Below, in pieces: positions 27,495-39,422 of a DNA stretch of 64,000 nucleotides. Positions within the stretch are counted from its first letter, which is position 1, and each line of letters begins with the position of its first letter. A program made the translations under genes and the position numbers. The notes beneath the pieces were generated by a model, which saw only the letters and a program-made list of their open reading frames with translations, was not told the origin of the DNA and made no database searches. The stretch is from contig JBODTK010000160.1 in NCBI GenBank assembly GCA_050613775.1, positions 1 through 64,000 on the forward strand, given 5' to 3'. Origin of the DNA: Neocallimastix sp. 'constans' (Eukaryota).

Positions 27495-27790
27495 CTAGTA
27501 TATATCGTCCTTATTTTCAGCCCCCTTTCCTCAAGGCATGGGGAATATTGAGGTAGTTACAAACAACCCTTCCTTATGTTTTTGAATAGGCTGATATTGT
27601 CCCTGCTGGACTGCCTTTACTGAATGTTCAGCATTGGCGCTCTGATATGCATAATATCGATGAGAATTTTCAAGTATGCTTTTTCTTGGTGTGCCTCTCC
27701 AGTACCTAACTTTTCTTTGAAACGAGGTCAATATAACCTAACCCAATTTAAATATTTACTAGCTCGATTAGAGGTTTTACTATGGTTATA
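27459..27790 (-). mobile_element. 5'-truncated non-LTR retroposon 3' end with poly(A)
   Basis: T run at 27459-27490 next to a GC-richer segment that shares a motif with the 20612-21172 element. The 5' boundary is uncertain. Confidence 0.55.
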
Positions 27791-28649
27791 ATTTTAAATA
27801 ACTTAAAATTATTTTACAAATATACTAATTCTAATATATTTTAATCCTAATCTAAAAATATAGGTTATGATAGATATATTAGATGATATTATAACAGCAA
27901 TCTTTATAATAAACCTTTGGGTATTGTATCCAATAGTATATTTATTTAAATAATATTATTAAGAATATAATTATAAGATTTATAATAAAGAATTATACAT
28001 AATATTCTTAATATTCAAAGTAATATAGACTATAATTTTAATATGTATATACTATAATACAAATTTTCTATTAAGTATTTTTTTTTTTTGTATAAATATA
28101 AGTAATAATAAAAATAGAGATATAAATAAAAAAAATAATTAGAAAATAAAAAATAAAAAATAAAAATTAAAATAAAGATAGAAATAAAACTAAAAATAAA
28201 TCTTAATAAACAATAAAAATATAGTTTTTTTTTTATATATATATATAATTTAAAAATGGTTAATGCTTTTCTTGAAAGTTATGACATTAATTCAAAATAG
28301 AATATATATCAAAGTTATTTTTTTATCCGCCATTAATGTTTATTTTTGTGCATGGATTTTTCATGTCTTTGTATTAGTAGGTAAAAAATGGAAAAATCCC
28401 ATCATATATATAATTATAATACATTATGATTTAAGATATCTTGGTGTAACGAAATGGTTCTTAACAATAAATTTAAAAATAAAACACTTAAAACCTTTAA
28501 TTAAAACAAGTAAAATATTTTTATTTATATTTATTTCATTAATTATAAATGTATTATCAAAAACACATTAATTAACTTAACAAGTTAATGTTTTATTAAT
28601 AAAAACTCAAAGTATAAAATATTTTTATAGGAAAATTCACTCCTATTTA

Positions 28650-29456
28650 TATTAAAAGAGTTGTCGAGCCAAACTTTATCACTTTTTTCAAAGTTTGGTG
28701 GTTTAGATCTATACTTATTGGCGATTTATAAGTTTTCTTTAAACTTCTTCATTAAATCTTGAAAATCTTTGGTAAACTCTACATCACGAGGTACATTGAT
28801 TTGCTCAGGAATTAAAGGTGAATGTTTTGGACGAAAACCATAGTTAAGAAAGAAAGGACAAAAACCAGTAGATTCTTGAACAGCATTGTTATAGCTAAAT
28901 TCGGCAAAACTGAGGTAGTTTTTCCAATCAGAACCTGTATAATTTGAAAAACATCTTAGATATTGTTCCACAACGGAGTTCACTCTCTCCTTAATTTTAT
29001 GAAAATTATTACAATAAAAATTTAGTTTAGGAAAATCGAAATTTTTTTTGAGTTATTTGAAAAGTTCTGATAAATTTTTTTTTAAATTCTTCTACGAGAG
29101 GAACATCGGATATGTTAGGTATCAAAGGTGAGAATCTTGAGTTGTATCCGTAGTTGACATAAAAAAGGTGAGTTTCTTAAGGATTCTTGAGCTATACTGT
29201 TGTAGTAGAATTCAGCTAGAAATAGATAGTCGTTCCAGTTTGAACCTTTAAAATTTGAATAGCAACGAAGGAATTGTTCGATGACGGAGTTCACCCTCTC
29301 CGTTAGACCATTGGTTTGATGGTGAAAAGGAGAAGAGAGTTTCATCGAGATATTCAAAATCTTACTAAGACCAGTCCAGAATTTAGAAGTGAACTGAGTA
29401 CCACGATCGGATAGAATTTCATTGGGTAAACCATGGAGTCTAAAGATGGTATTCAT
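28650..29456 (-). pseudogene. Mirror copy of the integrase fragments at 16789-17600
   Basis: ORFs 28726-28983 and 29115-29456 are near-identical to their left-arm counterparts. Confidence 0.85.
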
Positions 29457-30084
29457 AAACCTTTAATAAATTTTGATTATATAATTTTATATTATTTTTC
29501 ATATACTAAAACTAAAGTATTTAATATATACGAAAAGCAATAAACAAAATTTAAAAAGATTTTACAGAAAAATTATGTTATTTTAATCAATAAAATTAAT
29601 ATAATATTCTTATATTTTATATAAAATAAATTTAAAAGATATAATATATTGAATATTTATTATTAATCTATTCAGATTTGATTTGATTTTGTTTGTGGAG
29701 AATTGAATAGAAATTTTTATTAAATAAAAAATCAATTTTAAAAATAAAATAATATATTAAAAAGAATACAATTTTAATATTGTTATAATATAATAATATA
29801 ATAATAATACATTTAAAAATAAAAATAAAATAAAATATTAATATTGATAATAAATATTTTAATAAAATAATAAAATAAAAAGTTATTTTATAGATAATGA
29901 TATTAATAATAAAAATATAGAATTATTGATAATATTTTAATAACTCTTTAATAAAAATATAAAGAAAAAAAATTATATTTATAAAATATTTTATTATAGA
30001 AAATATAGTAAAGTAATATTAAGTAAAGAACAATATAATGGTCTCTAGTTAGCAATCCATTATATATTCGTTCTTTACCAATAA

Positions 30085-31000
30085 TGGGACGAGTTGCTCT
30101 ATTAAATGTAAAATTTTATATTTTTTTTATAGATAATAATTTTATTTTTATTTTTTTTTTTTTATTTTTATTTTTATTAATTTTTCCTAAATGTTTCTTT
30201 TTGTAAATTTTCCTATTTATATATGTTTTTAAAATTTTACTTAAATATTTTTATACCTTTTAATTATTTTCCTAATTTTATTTATAATTTTTATACTATT
30301 TAATTAATAATATAAATTGAATATTTAATATTTTTTAACTAAATATACTTTTAAAATAATTAAAATATTTGTTTTAAATACATATTATTTATGAATTTTT
30401 GTATTTTAGAATTATTTAACTATTTAATTTATTATTTACATAAATAAAAATACTAATTTTTAATTAAAAATATACTTTGATTTAATAATTTAATTGTTTG
30501 TTAAATAACTATCATTATTTAATTACTTATTCATATAAACTAATTTAATATTAATTTAAATAATTTATTTTTTTTTTTTTTTTTATTTTTTTGATAAGGT
30601 TATTTCTTAAATTTAAGAATTTCTTATTTTTCTGAACGTGACGTTCCAAGACGTCCCCTCTTAAGAGTACACTTCGTTCCTTGAAGTCCTTATAATTCAG
30701 AAAAATATGGGATTACATTTTTTAAATGTATATTTCTTTCAGCAATCTCCCCTGAAATAGGTTCATAAATTGTAACGGTATTGAACACCTTTTTTATTAT
30801 TTTTAAAGGTCCGGTAAAGTATGGATCTAACTTTCTTCTATTGAAAACCTTTACAAATACTAGATCCCTTGGTTTATAATTCGAACGCATTCTTCTTATT
30901 TGTTTACGGCGGTTACTCAATAGTTTATTTACAGTCCCGATATTTTCTATTGCTTCCTTGATCAATTTTTGGCAAATATTTTTATTATTAAAAATTTTTT
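30085..31000 (-). mobile_element. Mirror copy of the element C 3' end (LTR 30085-30648 plus integrase C-terminus)
   Basis: EAIENI...RRKQIRRMRSNYKP...DPYFTGP; LTR termini TGGGACG/CGTTCCA. Confidence 0.85.
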
Positions 31001-31809
31001 TTTCTGAATAAATATTTTTCATCATATATTTATAATTTTCACCAGTTTTTTCGCCTAAACTATTTTGTTTACATTTTTATCAATTTTTTTTCCTGGATTA
31101 TCGAAATTAACTTTTAAAATATTATTATATTTATTAATTATTTTGATATATTTTTGATAATTTTCATAATAAGTATTATCAAAATTCATAATTTGTAAAT
31201 ATTCTTTAATAATTTTCTGGATGTTATTGTTCTTTTCGTCGATTTCATTCAAACATTTCAATAATTTGTTCATTTACAATTTGTTTTGTTTATTTTATCT
31301 TGAAAAGATTCAATTATATATTTATCTATCATAACAAGATTTTCATTTTCATTATTTTGGTAATTATTCTGTAAAGATTTAATAAATCTTTAATACATTA
31401 AATAGATTAATTTTTCGTACAATTAATTTATTTAATGTATATGAAATTTTAATTTATTTAATGTATATGAAATTTTTTAATATAAAATTTATTGAAATAA
31501 AATTTAATTATTTTTTAAATTGAAAATATTTTTTAATTAGTTTAATTAGTTAGTTTAGTTTTAAATAGTTAAATATTAATTTAGGAATAATCTTAAATAG
31601 TTAATATTTATAAAAATAGTTTTTCAATATTAAATATATAATTAAAATTATTATAAGTATTAAAATAATAAATAAAATAAATAGTTTAAAAAATTAATTT
31701 TAGTTTTAGTAAATTAATAAATAATAAAAATTATTAATTAAAAAATCTTTTGTTTATAAATAAATAGCTTTATATATATTATTAAATAACATTATATATT
31801 AATAATGTA

Positions 31810-32410
31810 ATAAGAAAAAATATAAATACATGTAAATTTTCTCAATTAAATCGATGTATTAGTTATTAACTATTTTACAGTTAATAACATAAAAGAAATT
31901 TATATTAACAAAAAAAATTAATAATAAAAGAATTTACTTATTTGTTTAAATTGTAAAGTGTTTTTTATTGTTATAATCTGTTTTAATTGACGGATTCATT
32001 ACATATTCAAAACATTATTTTTATTCATACTTGCTATTTCATTATTATGTATATTATTATTCATACTTGCTATTTCATTATTATGTATATTATTATTCAT
32101 ACTTGCTATTTCATTATTATGTATATTATTATTCATACTTGCTATTTCATTATTATGTATATTATTATTCATACTTGCTATTTCATTATTGTAAAGTATT
32201 CGTAAGCAGCAGAGTACAATTACACAAAAAAAAAAATAAAAACACTATCAATAATAATACACAAATAAAATTTGTTTTATTAAAAAAAATTCCTTTATTG
32301 ATCTCTTTATTAAAAAATTCTTTTTTATTAGTTATTAACTGCAAAATAGTTAATAACAATTACATTTTTTAAATAAAATAATTTTACATGTATTTATATT
32401 TTTTCTTAAT
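31810..32410. mobile_element. MITE-like element with ~100-bp imperfect inverted ends and an internal 36-bp tandem repeat (~5 copies, ~32015-32190)
   Basis: AAGAAAAAATATAAATACATGTAAA pairs with TTTACATGTATTTATATTTTTTCTT, and GTTATTAACTATTTT with AAAATAGTTAATAAC. Repeat unit TATTCATACTTGCTATTTCATTATTATGTATATTAT. No TSD identified. Confidence 0.55.
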
Positions 32411-32936
32411 TATATTATAAAATACTATTTCTATTTATTTAAACATATATTCAATATAAAATAAACAAAAACTAATCTAAAATAAAATAAAGTTATAAAA
32501 AACTAAAACTAATTCAATAAGCTTTTTATTCAATTTGTTATGACTCAAATTGAATAAGTTCTTATTTATTATTTATTTATTATTCTTTTTTATTATATAA
32601 AAATATAATATTGATAATAATATAAGAATATAAAAATATAATATTAATAATATAAAAATATAAAATAAAATGTGATTATTTTAACATTTATTAAAGATAA
32701 TTTAATTTAATTTAACCCTTAAGAATTTGATAAAAATAACTTGAAGAAAAATAACGACAATTCAACAAATAATGGAAATATAACAACACAGTGATTACAC
32801 ACTAAATTTATATTCATTAAAAAGCTACGACCGAGAACTACAACAAATGTTAATTTCAAACCTATTGGACAACTAGGAGACAAGATATTGGACTTTAAAA
32901 AATTTAATTATAAAAAAAAATTTAATTATTTTTAAT

Positions 32937-33531
32937 GGGTGTGGGGCATTTCGCCAAATTGCATTTCGCCAGGTTGCGTTTCGCCAATTATTTTGAAAGC
33001 ATGTGGCGTATTAAAAAAATGTGGCATTTCGCCAAGTTGCTTTTCGCCAAATTGAGAATTATTAAATAAATAAATAAATGAATAAATACAATAATTATTA
33101 AAGTATTTTTAATCTTTATTAGATTAGGTTAGCTTAAGAACATTAAAATATATTTTTATGATAAAATATTATTATTTTAAAAATATATTTATATAATTAA
33201 AATATTGTTATAATATTATTTTTTACAAAATATTAAAATATATCTTTATAATTAAATATATTTTTATAATTAAATATTATTAATAATTATTTTATTTCAA
33301 AAAATATCTATAATTAATTATAAAATATAATAAAAACAAATTTAAAAAAATTATTTATTTAAAAAAATTATTTTGAATTTTTATTTAAAAAAATTATTTT
33401 GAATATTTATTTATTTATTCATTCATTTACTTATATCAATAAGTCATTTGTCGAAATGCAACTTGGGGAAATGCAACATTTTAATAATACGCCACTTGGC
33501 GAAATGCAATCTGGGGAAATGCAACTCTCCC
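32937..33531. mobile_element. Non-autonomous Mutator-type MITE
   Basis: Perfect 9-bp TSD ATTTTTAAT; TIRs with repeated GCATTTCGCCAA/TTGGCGAAATGC. Confidence 0.88.
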
Positions 33532-33574
33532 ATTTTTAATAAGACTCTTAATTATTAATTATTAATTTATATAG

Positions 33575-35900
33575 ATACAAATCTTTAACTTGGAATTATA
33601 TTTCTAATTTTTATAAGCAAATATTAATAATTAAAAATACAGAATTAGTAATTAGTAATAGTTTTATAATATTTTAAATAAGTTTATAAGTTTTATATGT
33701 TTTATTATAATATAATTTTATTCAATTATTTTCTAAAAGATTCTAAGGAATTCATTATAATTCTTAAGATTTCCAAAAGAGAATTTTTATTTAAGTTTTA
33801 CTAGTTTAATTTAATTTAATTTATTTTATATTACTTTATTATTAATTAGTTTTAGTATTAAATTGTTTTATGAATAATTATATAGTTATTTTATTATAAG
33901 ATTCTTATCAATATTATTTTATTATTATAATTTATATAGTTTATATACATGTATGAATATATTAAGATTAAAATGAATTATTTAATTATATTGCTAATTA
34001 TTATTTTAGTTTAGTATAAAAAGGAATTGAAATTCCATCCTTTGAATTCTTTGTAAGATTATTAATCTTACAACTTTAACTATCATAACGTTAATATATT
34101 AATTATAACAATATTAATCTTAGTAAAATTTATTATTAAATATATTAAATAAAGTTCTAATAAAACATAAATCTTAAAAATTGAATTCTTAATTATAAAA
34201 CGTTGTGTGTGTCATTTATTATTTAAATTTAATTAATTGTTATAATTAATACAAACATCTTGACCTGACCAATTTAACCCAAAACTCGAGAATCTTTACA
34301 CAACCGTAACCTTTCTCATAATTTACTAGAAAAAACTTAACAATAATCTTACCCGCCGTTTTCTGGTTACCTTAAGATGTTTGAAAATTCTTTTTGAGCT
34401 ACCACTGCTACTTTTGAGATTCCTATGGCTGAAGAAGTTGAACAACTAAGACAAGATGTTACTAAGACTGCTGCTGATATTATTGATGGTGTACAAACAA
34501 ACTTTGTTTCTCATAAGGATTTAACCACTAACATGAACAAATGGAAGTTAGATTAAATAATATTACTAATATAATTGAAAGTATGAACCAAAGATTAAAT
34601 TCTAATAACCACGATCCACAAGGATATGAAAGATTTGATACTCCAAGACCTCTACCTGAAAACTATGACGTAGACAATAATTCTTCTATTATTAGCTATG
34701 ATTTAGATAGAGATGTAATCATGAAAGTTAAAATTTCTGCCCCTTTAATTCAAGTCCCTGAACTAGGATTCTTTTCAGGAAAACCATCCGAAACCGAACT
34801 GTTTTGCCAACTCTGTGAAGATACTTTTAGGACTACTCCGAATCGATATTTACCTGAAGAAACAAAAATTAATTTTGTTAAATCTCGTTTAAGAGATTCA
34901 TCAAGAAAATGGTATTTAACCAAATATAAGGATAATATTAAACCAGGTTCTATGTATGAATTATTAACTGGTTTAAAAGCTACTTTTTCTAATGTTGCTA
35001 GTTATAAATTGGCAAAAATTAAATTAATTTCATTAAAATTAACTTATGGCAAATTAAACGATTACATTGATGAATTTAGAAATTACACTCGCTTATTTAA
35101 ATGGGAAGAAGAACCTTTGACTTTAATATTTTATAATGGCTTACATCCAAGAGATCAAGAAGAAATTCAAAAATCAGAAGTATTTCCAACCACTTTAGAA
35201 AGTATTATTACAACCTGTATTTTATTTGAAAATTCTATTAATATCAAAAATACAATTAGACAATCCAACACTAACAAGAATATCAAGAAGAGAAAATTCA
35301 AACAATCGTTCTAGTTATAAAAATAATTATAAACATTTATAATAATAATTATTACAAAAATTATTTCAACAGGCGGAGTAGTAATAATAAGAGAAATAAT
35401 GAGATTAGTAAAACCAACAATATTAGCTCAAAAAGTTACTAAATGAACATCAAAGGGAATCATTGAATATCATAATCAAAAGTTTTTATCATATAACTTT
35501 CCAATTAAATAAGACTCCAATTCAATTCCGGAAATTCCAGAAACTTTTTACAAATTTAATAGTAAAATTCCAGCAAAATTAAACAACTTAAATTGTAATC
35601 TTAAAAGATCAGAATAAATTAGAATATGAATCAATTCTAGATAGCGGTTCATATCGCAATTTCATTTCAAAGGAATTAATTAAAAATTAAATTTAAAGAC
35701 ACAAACTACCACCAACATTATTTAAATAAAAGAAATTAATGGTTCAGCAAAAATTAATGAATATATTAAACTTTATTTTCAAACAAAGATCTCAATAAAC
35801 AATTCAATTTATTTAATTACTTTTAAAGAAAAATTCTTAGTATCTGATAAAATTCCTACTTATTTATTTCTTTGGAATAAATAAGTGAAAAAAATATAAT
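33575..35900 (+). pseudogene. Decayed Gypsy 5' region: probable LTR remnant, frameshifted gag (~34377-35440) and protease relic
   Basis: ORF 34541-35314 has retrotransposon gag features (FSGKP, KINFVKSRLRDSSRKW, YIDEF, FYNGL). ILDSGS-like relic near 35635. 33580-33800 resembles 12950-13170. Confidence 0.75.
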
Positions 35901-36494
35901 TTATCTTACAATTATGGCAACAAAATTATTTTTTCAGATTTAAATTTCAATAAATTTTAAAAAAATAAAAAAAATTATCAAAAAATTATAAAAAATTTAA
36001 AAAAAAATTTATTTAAAATAAATTATATAATCCAAATTTTAATAAAAATATTTTTTTTAATTAAAAATTTAATGTAAACAAAACAATTTGGTAGATTCAA
36101 CCATAAATAACTCCCAAAATAATGATGCAAAATATACAAAATTTAAAATTTATATGAATTATTATAGTAGCAACATGAAAATCAAAAATAAAAAGTCATA
36201 TTTATATCTAAAATTGAACAAAAAACGTAATCCAAATTCCAGAAAAAATTGCAAAAAATTTGTTTCAAATAATTCAAAAAAATTTAGCTTGTCAACAATG
36301 AACAATACTACAAAAAATTTTAAAATTTTTCCAAAAAGAATATATTAATAATTCAAAGAATAATTTTGAAATTCATGAATAATTTAATTTCAATTATTTA
36401 TTATATCTTCCAAATTAAATATAATTTAAATAAGCCACGTTCAGAATAAATTATATATTAACATTATTCTAACCCTTGTGATACATAATATTAT

Positions 36495-37056
36495 GGAGAG
36501 TGGGAATTTCGCCAAGTTGCATTTCGCCAAGTAGCGTATTATAATTATGTTACATTTGAAAATTATTATGAACTGTTAAAATAATCACATTTTATTTTAT
36601 ATTTTTATATTATTAATATTATATTTTTATATTATTATATTATTATCAATATTATATTCTTATCTTATATTTTTTATTATATTTTTATGTTGTGTAACAT
36701 TTATCTATGTGTATTAATTCATAGAATTATCACATGATTAAATATGTAATTTTTACTATAAAAAATAATTATTTTTATTATCTTAAAAAATGAGTTCTTT
36801 ACATTAATAAAATTTATGTATTAAATAAATAAAAAAATTAAATAAAGTTTTATTTTAAAAACACATATACTTTTCTCATGAACAAATAAATAAAATATTA
36901 TTTATATTGATGTTATTTAAATATTAAAAATAAATAATATCAATATTAATAATATTTATTTATTTTTTTTAATTAAATATTATGAATAATAGAGAGAGTT
37001 ACATTTTAACATGTGGAATTTTAATGACAAACTACTTGGCGAAATGCAACTCTCAC
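36495..37056. mobile_element. Degenerate MITE of the 32937 family
   Basis: Same TIR units (GTTGCATTTCGCCAAGTAG and CTACTTGGCGAAATGCAAC); TSD not evident. Confidence 0.6.
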
Positions 37057-37071
37057 GGAATTACTCCCTAA

Positions 37072-37105
<34 letters not shown>

Positions 37106-39422
37106 TTATTTTAATTTTTGTTAAAACTTTGTTTACAATTTAATGTAATTATAACTTTAATTTATACTTTTATTTTATTACAACTTTCATCAATAATTTT
37201 AAATATTAAAATAAGTCTTTCGTTTCAAATAAATAAACAAAATAAATATTCAAAACATTGAAATTCATAATATTATTTAATTTAATATGGCTAAATTAAT
37301 ATATTTTATTTAATGGAACTAAATGATTTATGAAATGTTTATTTTTTTTTTTATTTTCATCCTAAACTATTTTTATTTCTTTCTAAAAAGTTTTTTATAG
37401 CATATGATAAATTATATTATTAAACTATTTTTAATTACATACTAAAAATTATAATATATTATTTATTATTTTGTAATAATTATAATTGATTATTTTATAA
37501 TTTTTTTTTAATATTTTTTACTATAAATATTACTTTTTTTATACGATAATATAATAAATAGCTACATATACATAAATATATATATATATATATATATTTG
37601 ATTTACTATTCATTAATACTAAGTATTTTTCATAGATAAAACTGATTATAATATTATGATATATGACAATTTAATATTAAAATTAATTATATTTTTTTTA
37701 AAGAAATAAGGTAATAAAAATATAATTAATTTTTTTTTTAAAGAGGAAAGTAATAAAAATATAATTAAAGTATTTTAATTTTTTATATTGATTATATGTG
37801 TTTCAAACATATAAACATATTAAATTCATAAATAAAATTATATGATATTAAAGATTATTAAAATAATGAAATATAATTTAAATTCAAAAATGTAATTATG
37901 TAATATTGAAAATAATATTGAAAATAATAAAAAGAATGTATTATAAAAAAAATATTAATACCAAATTTCTTATTTGTTTTATCTTAATATATCATATATA
38001 TTTTAACTCTAAGTCAAAAAATATTTATATAAAATTGATATAATTTAAAAATTATTATATATAAAATAGCTTTTTAAGAAAAATTTCAGTCGTAACATAA
38101 ATTTTACACAAATTAATACATTCATTTAATCATTTCAATAATTAACATAATAGAGTATATATATATATATTTTTTATATCCTAAGTACTATTATATTTTT
38201 TTTACTATCATAAATTATTGTATTTTCTTTTATAATATCATATATATTATTATGCTTAATATTTAATAATAAATTTAATAAATATTTAAATTAGATATAA
38301 TAAAGTTAAAAATATAGTTATTTTTACATAACAACATGAGATGTTATAAAAAAAATACTCTCTAAAATAAAATTTTAATAAAATATTTATAGTTCTTTTG
38401 GAAGAATAAAAGTAATATATTTAAATTTATATTGTTATAATTAATAAATAAAATTAATTTCAGGAAAGCTTTCCTTTTTCTTTCTTTCTTTTTTTTTTTT
38501 TTTTTTTTTTTTAAGATAATTATTTATTTATTTTTTAATTATGATTATTAAAAATTAATATTAAAATAGAAACTACTAAAGGATTTATTTGAATTAATTT
38601 TAATTTTTTTGTTTTATTTTTGGAAGTTTTTTTCAAAAGTAGAACATAATATATAAGTGAAAGTTAACAAGTAATTAAACGAAAATTATTAATTTTAATA
38701 TTTTATATGAATTGAATAATATTATTAATAAATGTTCTTGTTTTAAAAAATAATTTTTTTTAATTGAACTAATTAAAATTTATATTCATTAATTTTTAGT
38801 TTAATGGGTTATTTATTTTTATTACAAATGGATATTTTTATTAGGCTAATTTATATAATTCCTTTCATTTTTTTATATTATTTATATAAATAAAAATATA
38901 TAATGAAATGGTCGTAAACACTATAAAAAATTAAGTAAATAATAAAAATAATTATTAATTAAATTTATATTAATTAAAATTTATTATATGTTAATTTATG
39001 GATTTTATTACGAAATTTTTTTTAACGGTTAATTATTAAAATTATATATTTACCGAAATATATTAGAATATATTTTAATATATTATAAAATTAATTATAA
39101 TTTAAATCCAATAATTTTTTAATTGGAATTTACCACGTTTAAGTTTAATAACAAAAAAAAAAAAAAAGATTTAAAAAATAAAAATTTAACATTTTTTAAT
39201 ATATAAATATGAAAGATTTCTTCAAAAAAAAATATATTTTATAAATTAAATTTAATAATAATTTGAAAGTAAAAAAAAATTTAAGAATTAATAAAATTAA
39301 AAATCAATATTAAATAATAAAACTCTTATATAAAAAATTAAAAAAATTATAAACTAATAATTAATAATAAAAAAAAAAATTAAAATAAATAAAAATTTTT
39401 AATAAATAAAATAAAAATAAAA

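Larger units (their letters stand above)
24001..30895 (-). repeat. Right arm of the large imperfect inverted repeat, with a private insert at ~26550-28090
   Basis: Reverse complement of 15347-21295 with scattered substitutions and indels. Confidence 0.95.

Noticed and set aside
31055..31273. 72-aa ORF, and the similar 86-aa ORF at 36088-36348
   Set aside because: Low-complexity Lys/Asn/Ile composition expected from AT-rich DNA; no recognisable motif.
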